DNA of 27,374 bases from Octopus sinensis (taxonomy: Eukaryota): positions 1 to 27,374 of the forward strand of contig NW_021833320.1 of NCBI RefSeq assembly GCF_006345805.1. The letters run 5' to 3'. A program made the translations under genes and the position numbers. The notes under the pieces are model-generated. The model saw nothing but the letters and a program-made list of their open reading frames with translations. It had not been told where the DNA came from and made no database searches. Positions 24,671 to 27,374 of this stretch are shown in pieces (position 1 is the first letter of the stretch; every line of letters starts with the position of its first letter).

Positions 24671-24691
24671 ATAGACATTATATATACATAT

Positions 24692-25070
24692 AGGCGTGGC
24701 TGTGTGGTAAGAAACTTGCCTCCCAACCACATGGTTCCAGGTTCAGTCCCACTGCATTGCACCTTGGGCAAATGTCTTCTACTATAGCCTCGGGCTGACT
24801 AAAGTCATATGAGTGGATTTGGTAGACGGAAACTGAAAGAATCCCATCGAATATATATTTACGTGTGTGTCTTTGTGCCTGTGTTTGTCCCCCACTATCA
24901 CTTGTCAACCGATGTTGATGTGTTTACGTCACCGCACAATAGCGGTTCGGTAAAAGAGACCAATAGAATAAGTACCAGGTTTATAAAGATTAAGTCCTGG
25001 AGTCAATTTCTTCGACTTAAAGGCGGTGTTCCAGCATGGCCGCAGTCAAATGACTAAACCAAATAAAAGA

Positions 25071-25071
<1 letters not shown>
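24692..25071 (+). mobile_element. SINE family A, full length
   Basis: A-box-like TGGCTGTGTGG, B-box-like GGTTCAGTCCC, CORE-like CACCTTGGGCAA segment, short internal TA/TG tract, tail CAGTCAAATGACTAAACC. Confidence 0.9.
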
Positions 25072-25104
<33 letters not shown>

Positions 25105-25139
25105 GTATACACACACACACATATATGCAAACGAATATA

Positions 25140-25260
25140 TTCGACGGCCTCTTTCGGTCAGCCCGGGACTATAGTAGAAGACACTTGCCCAAGATGCAGC
25201 GTAGAGGGACTGAATCTAAGACCATGTGGTTGGGAAGCAAGCTTCTTAACCATGCAGCCA
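25140..25260 (-). mobile_element. SINE family A, partial 5' half
   Basis: Reverse complement aligns with 24695-24800. Confidence 0.8.
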
Positions 25261-26024
25261 ATAATATGAAACACATCATTACTTATGACGTTATTGAAAA
25301 ATAACACAAAAGGGAAGATGGCGAATAACAAATGACAGATACAAAAAGAAATAAGGAATAGGGGAGAGGAAGAGAGATGGTGCGCTAGATAGGGGGTGGT
25401 GAGAGGGAATGGGAGTAAGAAGAATGTATGAAGAGAATAAAATATTGATAATGTTGTACAGATGTAATGTAGATATTATGCAGATGTTATACAGACACTA
25501 AAGTACAATCAAGGGAAATATAATATACATCCAGTTATATAGAAGAGATACGAAGAGAATCAAACATATAAACTCATACACACATAGATGCCTACAGATA
25601 TACGCACACATCTACATACAAATGCATACGCATATATGGGGATTTGTGAATGCGTGTGTGTGTGTGTGTGCTTGTGTGTGTACAACTAGCAAGGATGTTT
25701 GTTGCCGTGATACTTGTTCTGGCTCTCTGAGGACTGAGTTCAAATACCGCTGAAGTTCAGTGCACATTTCTTCTACCGGGAGGCGAGAAAGGTAGTGTTG
25801 ACCGAGTGCTAGAGCAGTACCCTCTGTCTGCATTCAGGTGCCACACATCCGAGCTGTTCCTATGAATCAAATGTAGAGGACTGAAGGGGTCTATCTAGAT
25901 AGGTTCAGGACTACAACCGTTCCTAAAGCAGTAAGTATAATACCAACCTAAGTCTTTTTCTCTCTCTCTTTCACTCACTTTCTCCCTCTCTCCAGACATA
26001 CATACATACATATACATACATACA

Positions 26025-26058
<34 letters not shown>

Positions 26059-26129
26059 GTACGTACGTACGTACGTACATACATACATACATACATACAT
26101 ACATACATACATACATACATAATATATAT

Positions 26130-26346
26130 TCTTTTTTTTCACTCTTTTACTTGTTCCAGTCATTTGACTGCGGCCATGTTGGAGGACCGCCTTTAGTTGA
26201 GCAAATCGACCCCAGAACTTATTTTTTGTGAGCTTAGTACTTATTCTACCAGTCTCTTTTGCCGAACCGCCAAGTTACGGTGACGTAAACACACCAGCAT
26301 CGGCTGTCAAGCGATGTTGGGGGGACAAACACAGACACACAAACAC

Positions 26347-26400
<54 letters not shown>

Positions 26401-26577
26401 ATATAGATATATATATATATATATATATACGACGGCTTCTTTCAGTTTCCGTCTGCCAAATCCACTCACAAGGCTTTGGTCGGCTCGAGGCTATAGTAGA
26501 AGACACTTGTCCAAGGTGTCATGCAGTGGGAATGAAGACGTAACCATGTGGTTGGTAAGCAAGCTCCCTGCCACTCC
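26130..26577 (-). mobile_element. SINE family A, near full length
   Basis: Both halves plus an internal (CA)n(TA)n tract; small deletion in the head. Confidence 0.88.
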
Positions 26578-26724
26578 TTTCTTTTTTGAGGAACCGCTAA
26601 GTTACGCGGACGTAAACACACCAGCATCGGTTGTCAAGCGATGTTGGACACACACACACACACACACACACACAAGCATACACACACAAGCATACACACA
26701 CACACATACACACACACATACACA

Positions 26725-26789
<65 letters not shown>

Positions 26790-26948
26790 GACGGGCTTCT
26801 TTCAGTTTCCGTCTACCAAATCCACTCATTAGGCTTTGGTCGGCCCGAGGCTATAGTAGAAGACACTTGTGCAAGGTGCCACGCAGTGGGACTGAACCCG
26901 GAACCATGGGGTTGGTAAGCAAGCTACTTACCACACAGTCACTCCTGC
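26578..26948 (-). mobile_element. SINE family A, tandem neighbour, 3'-truncated
   Basis: Intact head GCAGGAGTGACTGTGTGGTAAGTAGCTTGC...; expanded internal microsatellite; stops at GCGGTTCC. Confidence 0.88.
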
Positions 26949-26949
26949 T

Positions 26950-27300
26950 TAATTCAAAGATTTGAGCAAGTCGATTCCAACATCGGAACCAACTTCGTGC
27001 AAGCTAGAAGGCGCGCTGGCAAAACGCTGCTTTTCTAAATCGAAATCTTCCCTGTCACCGTGGTTTTGTGGCATGAAGCGAAGCAAACCTTGCCATACAC
27101 TCAAGGAAACACAGTAAAGAATCCATAGGCACTCGAGCAAGCTGAGTTGTCAATTTCTTCCGTTTGCCGAAAGGTTTGCAAAGCAGCAACAGGCCTCAAG
27201 AGGCACATTCGTATCCATTGAACATGACCACTGCTTTATTTTATTGAAACCTAATTTGCCGTTCACGACCAGAAAATCTTTCATCACATAAGTACATACA
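26950..27300 (+). mobile_element. Degenerate 3' end of an RTE-clade LINE
   Basis: Fragments FKDLSKS and WQNAA, and a terminal C2H2-like finger CQ..(frameshift)CRKVCKAATGLKRHIRIH* (stop 27219-27221), as at RTE ORF ends. Short 3' UTR and an AAGTACATACAT tail. Confidence 0.6.
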
Positions 27301-27374
27301 TTATAAATTAACTAAATTTTATCCCTTAATTCCCGATTAGATATAGGTGAGACAACATAGTTTGTGAAAGAAGT

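Overview
AT-rich eukaryotic DNA, very dense in microsatellites and transposon relics. The repeat families point to a coleoid cephalopod, probably Octopus (inference from recalled repeat sequences, not a search). I can support no intact host gene; the window looks intronic or intergenic, and almost all ORFs in the track are translations of simple repeats. Contents: about 15 copies of tRNA-type SINEs in four related families; relics of four retroelement groups (Tx1/L1, R4/Dong, RTE, Penelope-like); a mariner relic; a complete 377-bp non-autonomous Helitron; and a 790-bp foldback MITE with an 8-bp TSD and a TTAGGG-like core. Most notable: (1) a type I hammerhead ribozyme with a perfect catalytic core at 2970-3085, inside a 275-bp insert in a (TA)n tract; (2) two copies of a minimal hammerhead-like motif that share U instead of A at core position 6; (3) a Tx1-like LINE whose two copies both end directly in (TATC)n; (4) a possibly 5S-derived, (TAA)n-flanked element whose two copies form the centre of a 2.2-kb nested quasi-palindrome. 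Each retroelement type appears to sit in its own microsatellite class.
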